A stretch of 64,000 nt of DNA, from contig OZ231126.1 in assembly GCA_965153355.1 (NCBI GenBank), positions 48,360,001 to 48,424,000 of the forward strand, written 5' to 3'. Numbering within the stretch: position 1 is the stretch's first letter; every line of letters starts with the position of its first letter. The DNA is from Flaccisagitta enflata (taxonomy: Eukaryota). Shown here one piece after another: positions 1-12,082 of this stretch. The translations under genes and the position numbers were made by a program. A model generated the notes under the pieces. It worked only from the letters and a program-made list of their open reading frames with translations. It was not told the origin of the DNA and ran no database searches.

Positions 1-1066
1 GGTCAAATGGCTCATCGCAGTCCTTGTAGTGCTGGCTGATGCCACTGTGGGACCAATTCTCTCTCTCTATGGCACGTTGGTGTTCCTGCCATCGTGTTTC
101 ACAGCAGCGACGTGTTTGGCCTATGTATTTCTTGCCGCACTTCTTGCAGATGTAACCGTATATACCTTTTTTTTTGGCTGGGTCTATTTTTGTTTTGTTT
201 TTGTTACACAAAATATCCTTAAGTTTGGTACCCGATTTAAAGCATGTATTAACACCTGCTTTGGAGAGTATGCGTTTGAGCTGGTATGAGGTGCCTCCGG
301 GTATGAATGGTATGCATGCAAATGGTTTGTATTCTTCGTCAGTGGTATTGTCGTCTTTAAATGGGAGAACGTCAAATAGGTTATCGGGTATAGAATCATT
401 ATCATTTTTTTGTCTGCTAGTCTGGGTGTGTTTGTTACGGTCCTTTTTTCTAGGTTGGGAAGTGGAGGGGGGCCTGTATTCAGCGGCTATGGCTGCGAGC
501 TTGGCTCTGTCGTGGCCGTTGTCTTCGTATAAATCTAAGAGGAAGGTTATCTCTTTTTGGGTTTGGTCGGGGGAGGAGCACAATTTGTGGGCCCTGCACA
601 ATTCGCCTTTGAAGGTGGCAATGATGGTGAGGAGATTTTGGCAGGACTGGGGCTTGATGGTTATATTTGTGTTACTGCTCTTGCGATAGACTCTGGTGGA
701 AATGGTGCCGTTGTCTTCACGGGTTAAATAAACGTCAAGGAATGCGATGGAGTTGTTCTCCTCTTCTTCTCGGGTAAATTGAACCCGGGGGTGGACTTCA
801 TTTAAGCAGTCATTGAAAGCTGCTGCTGGGTCAGCGCGTTGGTTTTCGCTACGGAGACCCGGACGGCGTGGGGCTGGTTTGTATTCCAGTGTGCACCAAC
901 AGTCGTCCATATAGATGGAAAGGTGCCTGGGGATGGCAAAACCCTTTTCGGTGGCAATGGGTATGGCATTTTCCATAGTGTAAATCATCCATATTTGAGA
1001 TATGGTGACCATCAGACTGAGCCCAATTGGGCCACTGTCTTTGGTGGAATTATGACGGTCATTGTT
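1..1066 (-). mobile_element. Penelope-like retroelement, 5'-truncated: RT C-terminal half plus GIY-YIG endonuclease, running off the window edge
   Basis: Manual minus-strand translation gives ~355 codons from 1066 to the edge with no stop: ...DSGPIGLSLMVTISQIWM...LSIYMDDCW (YMDD at ~902-913)...LNEVHPRVQFTREEEENNSIAFLDVYLTR...VYRK...KGIYGYICKKCGKKYIGQTRR...RWQEH...SGISQHYKDC. RT thumb followed by a C-terminal GIY-YIG is the PLE architecture. Confidence 0.93.
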
Positions 1067-2044
1067 TTACTACCGGTGCTTGCGATGACGATTCGTAGAA
1101 ATTAGAATGACTTTATCTCTACAGACGTCGATTTCTTCAGTATCTCTTCAATTTGGATCGATCTTACAGATTGATGACCAATTGACCATTCAATGCAGAG
1201 AGTGGTATCAAAAACTTTCTTACACGTAAACTTGTTCTTTTTACATTTTTGCTTGGATGAATAAAAGATTTCACTTAAACAGCTAACGGAAGTTGGTTGA
1301 AATACTATTGCTATGGTTTTTTTTTAAGAAACGTGAATTTTGACGCTATTTTATGCGAATTAACAATATCATTCATTCAGCTTTATTATTGCTTATTGAT
1401 ATCATTAAAAAAACGATATCATTCAACCCCGGTAGAATTTCGTATGTTATGGGTAGCTCCTTTATTTAAGCTCTAGCAGCGGTCTCATTATGAACTGATG
1501 CATTACACTTGCGTCTCTTGATATTCAAGCTTTTACAAACTATTGATTTTCTATCGACGCGAGGAGTCCGAGGACACTTCCAAATCCATGATAACTATTT
1601 TGACAACCGACTTTTCATTTTTATTAGGGAATGACGCAAAAACTCTTTAAGATAAGGACATATAAGGTGCATTCACCTTGTAAGTATCTTTACGATCTTG
1701 ACTTTGACAACTAAATCTCAATCAAAAGCAGGGAATTACGTACAAACCCTCCAAGATAAGGACAATGGCAATCACCTTGCCCTCCCATTCTAGGGTTCCC
1801 ATCTGGGCCCGGGTTACGAAACGGATTTTCAAATTTACTCTTCAGGTTTTGCAGCCTACGAGGTTGGACGCGTTTCCAGGCGAGTTGCCTCGTGTTTGAT
1901 CTTCTGTTTGATGAAGAATGCCTTTCATAACACTGACCCAATTCGAGTATGATTACACTCGAACGACCCAATTTCTCCCTATTCGTTCTTTTTTCGGGCA
2001 ACGATCCTTTCTTTCATGAATCTTTTCCTTCCTCTTCGTTTTCT

Positions 2045-2118
2045 TCTCTTCTTCTTCTTCTTCTTCTTCTTCTTCTTCTTCTTCTTCTTCTTCTTCTTCT
2101 TCTTCTTCTTCTTCTTCA
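2045..2118. repeat. (CTT)n microsatellite
   Basis: Direct read; explains the poly-L/F/E/K ORFs here. Confidence 0.95.
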
Positions 2119-2475
2119 GCCGATGTCCACACGGGGTGAATTTCCGGATGTTCGGCCATCCTTCCATCCTTCAGTCCTGCTGTCAACCCCCCCCCCCCCT
2201 TGTTAGCTATCAAGGCTTAATATCAGCACTGAGTTTAGACCTTCTGTCCAGGACTCAAATCTGGCACCCAGGCCTCAAGAGTGTCCACCCGACCTCAAAT
2301 CTATGCTCTAAGTTCCTCTGGACATCTGAAATTTCACTCCTATGTTCTACAGAAGATCGGCACTTTAAGGCCGCTGCCCGGGTTTTCCTCCACTTTTTTT
2401 CTTGATCACTTCGAGCAGGGCATTAGGTACCACTGACCTTGTACGATTCCTGGATGACCTGTTTCGTGTAGTATA

Positions 2476-2964
2476 CACGCACTTGGCTGAGTAACAACGG
2501 GTTATTTTTTTCTGAGGCTCAATGTTGTTATTTGAAAGAAGAAATGAGGCTCAAACCGTTGCTAAATTGTTGTTATTTTTTTCTCATCAATCTTCTAATA
2601 TAACGATTGATTAGGATGTCCGTAGCACCATTCCTTTCGCTGCTTTCTCTGGAATGACAGGGATCAAGAGAAGGAATGAATTAAAGGAGAACAACCATTC
2701 AAAATCAGGAACAAAATATTGTTATAACTAAAATACAGTAGAAAAAGCCACCTCTTCCATGGAACCGCCGCATGTTACATTTGAATGCAACGAGAATTAA
2801 AGCAAATCTAAGAGAAAAGTTGTTATTGGTTGGATTGGAGGCTAAAATGTTGTTATATTTTTAATTTTCTGAGGCTGACGATGTTGCTAGAAATGTTCTT
2901 ATTTTTTCGACATTTTTAGCCTCAACGTTGTTATAAAGAAGGTTGTTACTCAGCCAAGTGCGTG
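2476..2964. mobile_element. Tc1/mariner-type MITE, copy 1
   Basis: TA|CACGCACTTGGCTGAGTAACAAC...GTTGTTACTCAGCCAAGTGCGTG|TA: perfect TIRs with TA TSD. A near-identical full copy lies at 60787-61274. Confidence 0.9.
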
Positions 2965-3739
2965 TAATCTAGTATTCATAACGTTCATGTTAATACTTTT
3001 CCATTTTTTCCCTTTATTCGTAACATTTCCGTCCCAATTACTGTCTTTTTATTTGGTGCGTCATTACATAGTAAGTTTGTCCGGCACATCTGACTGTATC
3101 CGTGTGTGATTGTGCGCAACTGTACATGTACGTATTTCTGCTTGTCACACTGCCTGTCGGTCTGATCTGTATGTCTGACACATTCTCTCTCTGTCAGTAT
3201 GCTTGTCCGTCTGTCTATCTGTCTGTCTGCCTATCTGTCTATCTGTCGGACAGAAAATCTCTCTCTCAAAATCCATGCCAAGGCTAACCCCAAGGCCGAT
3301 CGACAAAAAGAAAGAAAAAGAAAAAATACGAGTCAGAGATCCATGAACTATTATGAGAATCAAGCAAGAATTGCGCAGTTTTCTTTTATCTCAAATAAAT
3401 GTTTGAGGTTCTATCGATAAATGCGCATTTCTTGTACAGCCACGGACCCGGACAGGTTTTCGTCTTGCCAATCGTCGTTAATCACTTTTAATCCGTTACG
3501 TCCATTACAATGGCCTGACACGATCGTTGACAGTTTTATTTAACGACCAGTTAGGCAGTTAGGCAGCTCATTTTTGAAAGCAATATCTGCAAACACTGAA
3601 ATGTTGTTGTTGTTTTTAGCTATGTTGTTGCTGTTGTTTTTTTTTTAAGTTGTGTTTGTTGTCGTCTTTGTGATAAGTCGCGTTTTCGGAAATCCACGTT
3701 TTTGCCATGTCGACCCGTCGCGTTGGTCGGTCCGTCGGT

Positions 3740-4345
3740 CACTGTGCTTTTAAAGCAATTCTCAGTAAAAAGTCACATAACAGTAGGTTTTTCCGCAGTT
3801 TTGTGGAGTAGTGGAGTGCAATGATATGTGACTAGCAAAAATAAAATCATTCCCCAAGCGATTTTTGAGTAATCTTCAAAATAGGAAAAAATTAAATCCA
3901 TTTTCAATGCAGATTCTACTGAGGTGTGTTGATTCATCTTTCGATTTCATATCTTTAACCTATGCAAAATGTTCTTTCATTTTATGGGACGCACACCATA
4001 TTTTTGCAAAGAATTTAAATTCTCATTTTTTGAGTCACCTTTTCAAAAAAGTAATGGTGGCTCAAAAAATGAAAACTTTAATTTCAAATTGAACCATATA
4101 GTATGACCTATCAAATGAAAGGGAATTTTGCATAGAATAACAATAAAAAGTAAAAAAATCAGTCAATACAACTCAGTAGAATCTTCAATGAAAATGGGTA
4201 TAATTTTTTCCCATTTTGAAGATTACTCAAAAAGCGCTCGATGAATGATTTTATTTTGGCTAGTTACATGTTATCACACCCCAACACTACACAGAAATGC
4301 AAAGAAACCCACTGTTATGTGATTTTTCACTCAGATTTTTTTGAA
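3740..4345. mobile_element. Decayed MITE with ~150-bp imperfect inverted repeats
   Basis: ~3757-3900 is the imperfect reverse complement of ~4200-4340 (TCACATAACAGT / ACTGTTATGTGA; TTTTTGAGTAATCTTCAAAAT / ATTTTGAAGATTACTCAAAAA). No clean TSD. Confidence 0.7.
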
Positions 4346-5017
4346 AACATTCCATGCCCGTCAGTTAGTAACTATTTACCCGATATCGGATTTCTCGGCT
4401 TTTCCAAGGCAGCAGTACCCCTGCCTTATAGCACCTGTCGTGTCAAATAATAGAAAATTAACCGGATGAACTCTCAGACCTACGAATCGATCTTTTTTGC
4501 GACGGAAGTCACGGTCCAGGTGCGCGCTTGCAATTAACCGGATCTTGCGCTTGGGAAAAAAACAAATCATTGCCCAACCCTTGAGACTTAACTTTGTCAC
4601 ATGATATTTTACTTTCCTAAAATAAACATTCTCGAAAGATACTTTGACCAAGAATAAGTCTAAAACGTCATAGAATCGAAACCCAAACAAAAATTTGGCT
4701 AAATAAGCGTCTTGAAAATTGCGTAAGTCTGACGCTCGGGTCTTTTTAGACAAGCGTTTTGATATTGTAACATTTTGTTAAGACTTTTATCTTGACGGTT
4801 TTATTAGAAAGTTTATTTAAAGCTGATAAGTTTTGAGGGGAGGCTCTTCAAAAATGTAATGAGTAATGAGTGCATAAGTACGCAAAAAAGTAAAACAGAA
4901 TTTGAAAAAAATGTCGAAATAAAAAATAAACATTGAGGCCGCGGGATCGGAGCCAAACAAAAAGAGAGATATAAGAGAGAGAGAGAAATATTTATTTATT
5001 TATTTAAATGTGAGGAC

Positions 5018-5250
<233 letters not shown>

Positions 5251-5500
5251 GAGAGAACGAGATTAACAAACAGGTGAACAAGTTGAATTTTACCATCAAG
5301 GTTTCACTACATGCCCAAGGACGTCAAGACGCATAGATCAGTTTAGAACACGTGACACTTAGATCTTCACGATCAGCCCCATAGAAAGAGTCTGAAAATG
5401 TTGTCATCACGTGTGGACTTAGTCTGACTCTGGTTCGATTCAGACTCATTAGGCTTAGTGAATATGATGCGGTTATGACCTCGCCCCCTAGTCCCTAGTG

Positions 5501-5962
5501 CAGCGGCGTAGGGGAGCTGGATTTCTTGGGACATCAGCCACCAAACTAGTGTCCGACAAATCTGGTGTCCCAACAGACAATAATATGTAGTTTTTGTTTG
5601 AAAATTATGAAAAATCGTAATTACTACCATACTCTTATCTTCTTTGAGATCTTAGATAAGTGGGATGGGGCCTAATCATGCCTGATATAGGAGAAAACAG
5701 TTTTTTTTCTCTCTCAGCCACAGCTTGTGCCTTAATACATATCTTCACTTCTTTTTTTTACATACATTGCTCCCCTACATCCCTCTTTATTTGCCTAAAA
5801 CTAACATAAGCTTGAAACCACAGAATTTTTGATTTCTTTAATAATTGTTTTTAATCTTTAACTTTAAGTAATGTAAGACACTTGTAGCATCAATCTTTAA
5901 TCTATAACTTTAACTTACATTAATGTAAGACAATTGCAGCACTCTCTCTCTCTCTCTCTCTC

Positions 5963-6039
<77 letters not shown>

Positions 6040-6187
6040 CACTTTCTTTTTTCTTTTTTATTTTTCTTTTCTTTTTCTTTCTTTTCTTTTTTTTCCTTCT
6101 TTTCTTCTTTGGTGTCCCGACAACTTTGGTGTCCCGACAGCAGGGACATCAGCTGATGTCCCTGATGTCCCTTGTCCTACGCCGCTG
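5501..6187. mobile_element. Non-autonomous hAT-type element
   Basis: TIR CAGCGGCGTAGG...CCTACGCCGCTG flanked by a perfect 8-bp TSD CCCTAGTG (5493-5500, 6188-6195). Subterminal GGTGTCCC(G/A)ACA motifs are repeated. Confidence 0.9.
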
Positions 6188-6535
6188 CCCTAGTGTAAGT
6201 TTTTCCACACGAAGAGAGTCTTGGAAAGTTTCCACCGGAAACGGTGAAATCAATTAATCATTTATTGATACTTCGGAAGGTTCTACTGTATAAGCTTCGT
6301 CAGATTGAGCGTAACGTCAAATATTTACCACAGCGTTTATAGACGCAAAATGAATGTACAATTGAGAAACTTCGTTAGAAATGGCAAATGGTACTCCTAT
6401 TCACGATTTCCCTTCTTGTCTTTTGCCGGGAATTCTTCCTCGGTTAATCCTCTCTTACTCCTTGTAACCTTTAAATCAAAAATTGAATCTAAAGTTTAAT
6501 GATTTCTCTTAAATCAAACTGAAGAAATCCCCTAT

Positions 6536-6962
6536 TTGGGCAGTGGCCCCAAAGGGCCGATGTCCTGTAGGACACAGGGGGGAATTTCAAGACATCCGTT
6601 CTTCTGTCTGTCCCCCCCCCCTCCTTGGCCATTGGAGAATCAAGTCTGCAGTCTCAGGCCTGATTTTGACCCTCTGAGCCCTCAGATTAGCCCTTTCAGA
6701 CCTCAATCTAGCCCTCCAGAGCTCAAATCAGCTCTCCAGACCTCATATCTACCCTCAAGACCTCAAGTCAGCCCTCCAGACCTCAAATCCGCCCTCCAGG
6801 CCCAAAATCAACTCTTCAGGCCTCTTCTGGGCCTCCAGCCTGCCCCCCATACCTCAAATCTGCTCTTTTGGACTAAATTCTGCCATCTCGACTTCAAATC
6901 CGCCTCAGGACGTCTCGAAATTCCCCCCTGAGTCCTACAGGACATCAGCCCTTTAGAGGCGA
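6536..6962. mobile_element. Copy of the GGGCAGCGGCCCC subTIR / 21-bp-repeat interspersed family (HINE-like family B)
   Basis: GGGCAGTGGCCCCAAAGGGCCGATGTCCTGTAGGACACAGGGGGAATTTC at the left, its inverse at ~6915-6960, and degenerate 21-bp CCTCAAATC repeats between. Confidence 0.7.
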
Positions 6963-7234
6963 TTTCCATGGTTCAACAGAAAGCACCCTCCAAAACATGT
7001 CAAAATGAGAATTCAATTTCAGCCTTTGAACAATACATCATTGGAAATCCCATCGAATTTTGATTAAGAAAACAACCTTCGTAAACCTTAGCGGGGTGTC
7101 GTATAAGCGTAAATCCATAATCTATGTAAGACTTCATATCATCAGTTTTGTTACAAAAAATGCTGAAATCTGAGAAAAAGATAGGTAAAGAGATGGACAG
7201 AGCTACGAAATTTTTGAAAGGAAGACGGGATCGG

Positions 7235-7315
7235 TGAAGAAGAAGAAGAAGAAGAAGAAGAAGAAGAAGAAGAAGAAGAAGAAGAAGAAGAAGAAGAAGA
7301 AGAAGAAGAAGAAGA
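7235..7315. repeat. (GAA)n microsatellite
   Basis: Direct read. Confidence 0.95.
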
Positions 7316-7515
7316 ATAAAATTGAAATGGAATGGTAGAGATTTTGGAATGGTCAATGGTAGAGATTTTGGAATGGAATGGTAGAGAAGCCATCAAATGT
7401 AATCGACAAAGAGGAAGAACCAGAAGAAGAAATGGATAAAAAAGAACAAGAATGAGAACAAGAACAAGAACAAGAACAAGAACAAAAACAAGAACAACAA
7501 GAACAAGAAGGTGGT

Positions 7516-8495
7516 TCATAAAAGAAGAAGAATACGATGAAGAAGCCGAGTAGAGTTGCGCAATAACAAGGCCCAATACACGGCTACCACAGTCGCGTAC
7601 AGGGGCCGTACTTGAGGTCTACCAATTTTGCCAGTTTGTCCTTTTTCTCCTGGGATTCCATCTGTTCCATTCCTTCCATCTCTACCCGATTCCCCTTTTG
7701 CTCCTGGAATACCATCTCTTCCTTCTCTACCGGCCGCACCTGCCTCTCCCTTTGCTCCTTGAATCCCATCTGTTCCTGGAATTCCATCTGTCCCTGGAAT
7801 TCCATCCTTTCCATTTTTCCCATCTCTTCCAGATTCACCACTTTCTCCTTTTGCTCCGGGAATCCCATCTGTTCCTGGAATTCCATCTGTTCCTGGAATC
7901 CCATCGGTTCCATTTCTTCCATCTGTACCATTCATTCCATCTTTTCCATCTTTTCCATCTGTACCGTTCATTCCATCTCTTCCATCTTTTCCATCCTTAC
8001 CTTGTAACCCATCAGCACCTGGCAATCCAGGTGGTCCAGGTGGTCCTGTGATGTTTCCTTCTGTCAATGCTGTAAAAATAAGCAAATAAAAGCAATCTGA
8101 TAGAATTGACCAAATACGGAAAAGAAAAACGGGAGAAAAAGTGTGTCTTGTCTGTTCAAAATGATAGCTCAGGAAGAATATGAAGAAAAAAGATTTTAAA
8201 GCTTTTATTTCAAATATCACTCGCTTTGTTTTTGTTGGTACTTACATGAAAACAGTTCAACTTGAAAGAATGCAAAGTTGAAACGTATTTTAATACCCAT
8301 TATCTCACCCATCACTTTTGTTTCCACATGATTCATTTGCATCATGTTTGGCAGAACAATGTAGAAATAAGCGGCACATCCAACCCCAATAATCAACATG
8401 AATTCAAGCAATCCAAAAATCATCAAGGATGAGAACAAAAGCGATCGCGAAACGATCCCTCCCTGTGTCAGTGTGTGATTAGACTTTGCTGTCAA
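7516..8495 (-). CDS. Short collagen-like protein with an N-terminal transmembrane/signal-anchor segment (type II membrane collagen-like); both ends uncertain
   Basis: Phase-compatible exons: ~8495-8309 (hydrophobic LMIFGLLEFMLIIGVGCAAYFYIVL), 15-nt microexon 8260-8246 (AAG/GTAAGT), and 8069-7516 encoding 48 uninterrupted Gly-X-Y triplets (GPPGPP...GKIGRP). The start codon is unclear because of an in-frame TGA next to an A7 run at ~8517. The last exon may instead splice after GRPQ. Confidence 0.65.
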
Positions 8496-9517
8496 TTTGC
8501 CGTCCTCTGCTTTTTTTCATCTGAAATAACGAACCTCACTCTTTTTCCTATTTATGATCCTGGCTTTAAAATACTCAAAATACTTACCTGAGTGGGTATC
8601 CAAAAGTATTCCAATTGAACATTTTTTTCTCTCCTTAGCCTATGGCGTGACATATTTTTCTTAGCTCAGAAGATGAAAAAAATGATTTTGAAAGAAAAAT
8701 CTAATCTTGGTAAAGTTAAAACAATAAGAGCTTCACCTACGCAACGAGTGTTCTGAGATTTCTCCTATGTTATTCTTTTGCGTTTGGTCTACAACAGGCC
8801 CAATTGTCAAGCAATAAGCTCAAAGTCGCAAACGCAAAAAAAAAAAAGGTAGGATTTTGCAGATTCAGCCTCCCAATGATCTGTACATGTGACGAAAACA
8901 TTTAGTTTCGATTTGAAAGAGGACTGGGGCTGGCGACCCGGTTGTATTTCAACAAGGCGGGATACACGACTTCTCAATTCGCGTGAGGTTGCAGGATAGG
9001 AGCAGTGCCATATACAGATCGTTTGCAAAAGCTGAAAAACTTAAGTGTTACCTACCAACCAACCAACTAACTGACCAGCCAACCAACAGTCCAACATGTG
9101 TATAAACAGATGAACTTATGTAGTATAGACAAAAGGACGCATGTGAAGAGAATTAGCCTTTCTTAGTACAGATTTTTAGTATACTGTATTTCTTGTAATT
9201 AGCGCCCAAGGCGATTTTGAAATTGAGTTGACACATTTATTTCTTGTGATTAGTGCACCCCTTTTTTTTATGATATATAAATGTGGTTTTAAATGAAACT
9301 TTTTCTCTCTGATAAATCTTTTTGATTCAGAGAAGTAAGACATTGAAAACGATTTGTAATTTCATTGAAAACGATTTGTAATTTCATGATGAAAATTACA
9401 ATGCAGAGAAGCAAAAACAATTTTTCCTAAATTTTCGAATACTGCACTTATCCTGCTCCATCTCCGAGAGCAGAGGAAAATTAAGTGTCTTTAATTTTTT
9501 TTTTCTCATTGAAAAAG

Positions 9518-9827
9518 AAAAAATCTTTGCGAATGTCGTTGCAATCAGGGAGAATATCTTCACTAACAGGAATACAAGCGAAATTGTCGGTATGTCTAAA
9601 AAAGTTGTTCTGAACAACATTCGCAGTTAACAAAAAATTTCTCACCCATATGATGAGGCAAAGAAACGTGTCTTGATGCGTCCTTTTCATCTCTATCAGT
9701 TGCTTCATCTGTCCGTCGGTCCCTCCGTCTGTGCATACAACGGTCGTTTGTTTGCCCATCCAGGACGCTCACCTCTAAATCCCGAAAAACGGGCGGGATA
9801 CAGATATCGTAATATAAATAAGCCTTC

Positions 9828-9925
<98 letters not shown>

Positions 9926-10569
9926 TGACAAAGATACGAAATACGAATATCGGCCTCCAGATCCAGTAGAATTCGTCGTCGATGACGTCAGGCGACAGCG
10001 ATGGCAACAAGAGAGAGGAAGAAATCTCGGCTGCAGACTTGTAAGGAACAATTCTGGTTCGAGTGGCAGCATAAGAAAATGAAAGAAAATAGGATAATGG
10101 AACAAAGAATTTGCATCTGTTGGAGGCAGAATTCTGTTAAAAGCGGGTCCGTTGGAGCGAGTTTCAACTGTATAAATGTTAGTAATCTTACTCCTTTCCC
10201 TAGATGGAACGATCTTGGATTTTTCAGAGGACGCAAAATCGTCAGAGTTCAGATTTCATCCTCTCCATCACAGCAAGTGGTCATTTCTGGTTTTACAGAG
10301 GTTTTAAAGGTTTGAATGAAACCACGTAAGTGTAAGCGACAATGAATTGAGTTTGATAGTGGTAGATTGATGGATTCATACACACGCACGTTGAACGTGA
10401 AGATTACGGAAAAGGTATAGCACCCCCCTTGCAGCTCATGTCCCCATTGTCACACGGTCGTATTCGGTATCATTCAACAGGTTATCCCATTACAATTTAC
10501 GCCACTGAGGCGAATTTTGAAGTTCGCCTCCGTTCAAGAGATATTCACTCCAAAAGACAGATTTTTTGA
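9518..10569 (+). CDS. Candidate unrecognised multi-exon gene or pseudogene
   Basis: Four consecutive phase-compatible segments with plausible splice sites: 9518-9589 (GTATGT), 9934-10040 (GTAAGG), 10204-10309 (GTTTGA), 10481-10569 (stop). They read KIFANVVAIRENIFTNRNTSEIVDTKYEYRPPDPVEFVVDDVRRQRWQQERGRNLGCRLMERSWIFQRTQNRQSSDFILSITASGHFWFYRGFKGYPITIYATEANFEVRLRSRDIHSKRQIF. No family recognised. Confidence 0.3.
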
Positions 10570-11258
10570 CCTTCAAGGGGGTGTCCGCCGCCAAAGTTTG
10601 GGGTAGAATTTCTGAAGAACGGAGGCGAAATTAAAAAATTGCCTCGGTGGTGTAAATTGTACTGTGACAAGATACAGAATGATACCTCATATGATCCTGT
10701 GGAAGTTTTGTCATAAGCTGTAGGTAGGGGTGCTAACCTTTTTTTTATGGTTTTTCTAATCTTCGTTGTATTACGCGTGGAAGTGTAGATGGATAGATAA
10801 ACAAGGCCGGATACACGGCCAATACCAGTTGCGGACGGGTGGGCAGGGGCGGAAATGCGCTTTTTCACATTTTTTGACTCATGTTAACGGACGGACGGAC
10901 CGTCCAACGGACAGACCAACGGACAAAGGCTCTCATAGAGTTGCGTGTCCGCAACTAAGAAGACAGATACATAAATAGACAGATGAATAGAAAAGGTCGC
11001 GGACGGGTGGGCAGGAGCGGAATAACAAATAGACGCTCACATTTTGTTCTGATTACCGACCAAAAAACCGACCGACAGACTGACACAGCAAGTTCCTCAG
11101 TGACAGGTCCGCGACTAAAATGTATTCACTTCAATTGTAAGCAAATATATATAAATACTAAGCCAGATACACAGCTACCCAAGTCGCGTCCCGGTGGGCA
11201 GGGGTAGTAATGAGAAAGCTCACTTAAATCTATGAGTAGTAACATTGACATTAAATTC

Positions 11259-12082
11259 AAACAGGTCGCCCAAGGGCAATATGTGGTCAGCGGTACCCGT
11301 TGCCCTGCTTTGAGTGATTGTGAATTGGAGTGAGGGGAAGCAGGGCAGCGGCCCCGAAGGGGACGAAGTCCTGTAGAACACAGGGGGACTTTCGTTCGTC
11401 CTACCTGAAGACATGGATGAGATGCTAAACTGAGGTCTAAGAAGGCTGATATAAGGCCTGAGAATGCCGGTTGGAAGCTTGAGAGGGCTGACTTGAGGCT
11501 TGAGAGAGCTGGATTAAGGCTTGAAAGGCCAGAGGACTGATTTGAAGTCTGGGAGCAATAAATAGAGGTTTAGATGGCTGATTTGAGGCCTGAGAGGCCT
11601 AATTTGAGGCATGAGAGGCCAGGTTTGAGGCCTGAGAATTTGGATTTGAGGCCTGAGAAGCCAGATTTGAGGCCTGAGAGGCCAGATTTGTGGCCTGAGA
11701 GGCCAGATTTGTGGCTTGAGAGGCCAGATTTGAGTCCTGAGAGGCCAGATTTGAGGCCTGGGAGGCTGGATTTGAGACCTGAGAGGCCTAATTTGAGGCA
11801 TGAGAGGCCAGGTTTGAGGCCTGAGAATTTGGATTTGAGGCCTGAGAACTTGGATTTGAGGCCTGAGTAGCCAGATTTGAGGCCTGAGTAGCCAGATTTG
11901 AGGCCTGAGAGGCCAGATTTGTGGCCTGAGAGGCCAGATTTGAGTCCTGAGAGGCCAGATATGAGGCCTGAGGGGTCTGATGAAGGGGGGGGACGAACGG
12001 ACGAACGGACGGACGAACGGACGAACGAAAGTCCCCCTGTGTTCTACAAGACTTCGTCCCCTTCGGGGCCGCTGCCCAAAAA
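11259..12082 (+). mobile_element. Helentron-associated (HINE/DINE-1-like) non-autonomous element, family B, with a central 21-bp tandem array
   Basis: ~59-bp subterminal inverted repeats (11343-11401 vs 12019-12077), a GGACGAAC microsatellite next to one repeat, an array of AGGCCTGAGAGGCCAGATTTG units (~11430-11972), and A/T-run ends without a TSD. Related copies at ~2118-2462, 6536-6962, 27660-28470, 29081-30790, 33840-34050, 37480-37830, 37860-38285, 51840-52033 and 55300-55615. Confidence 0.7.

Noticed and set aside
4376..4753. 125-aa minus-strand ORF
   Set aside because: No ATG start, no recognisable domain, and no supporting splice structure.
4932..4956. tRNA T-loop-like sequence on the minus strand
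   Set aside because: Only a degenerate B-box-like stretch; no cloverleaf or A-box.
10660..10723. In-frame TGA as selenocysteine in the candidate gene
   Set aside because: Three TGAs in the same frame within 30 nt, no redox motif, and no SECIS seen.
11343..11401. Possible hammerhead or HDV ribozyme in the conserved structured repeat head
   Set aside because: No properly arranged CUGANGA/GAAA core; the conservation is explained by the subterminal inverted repeat. An Infernal search would be needed to exclude it fully.
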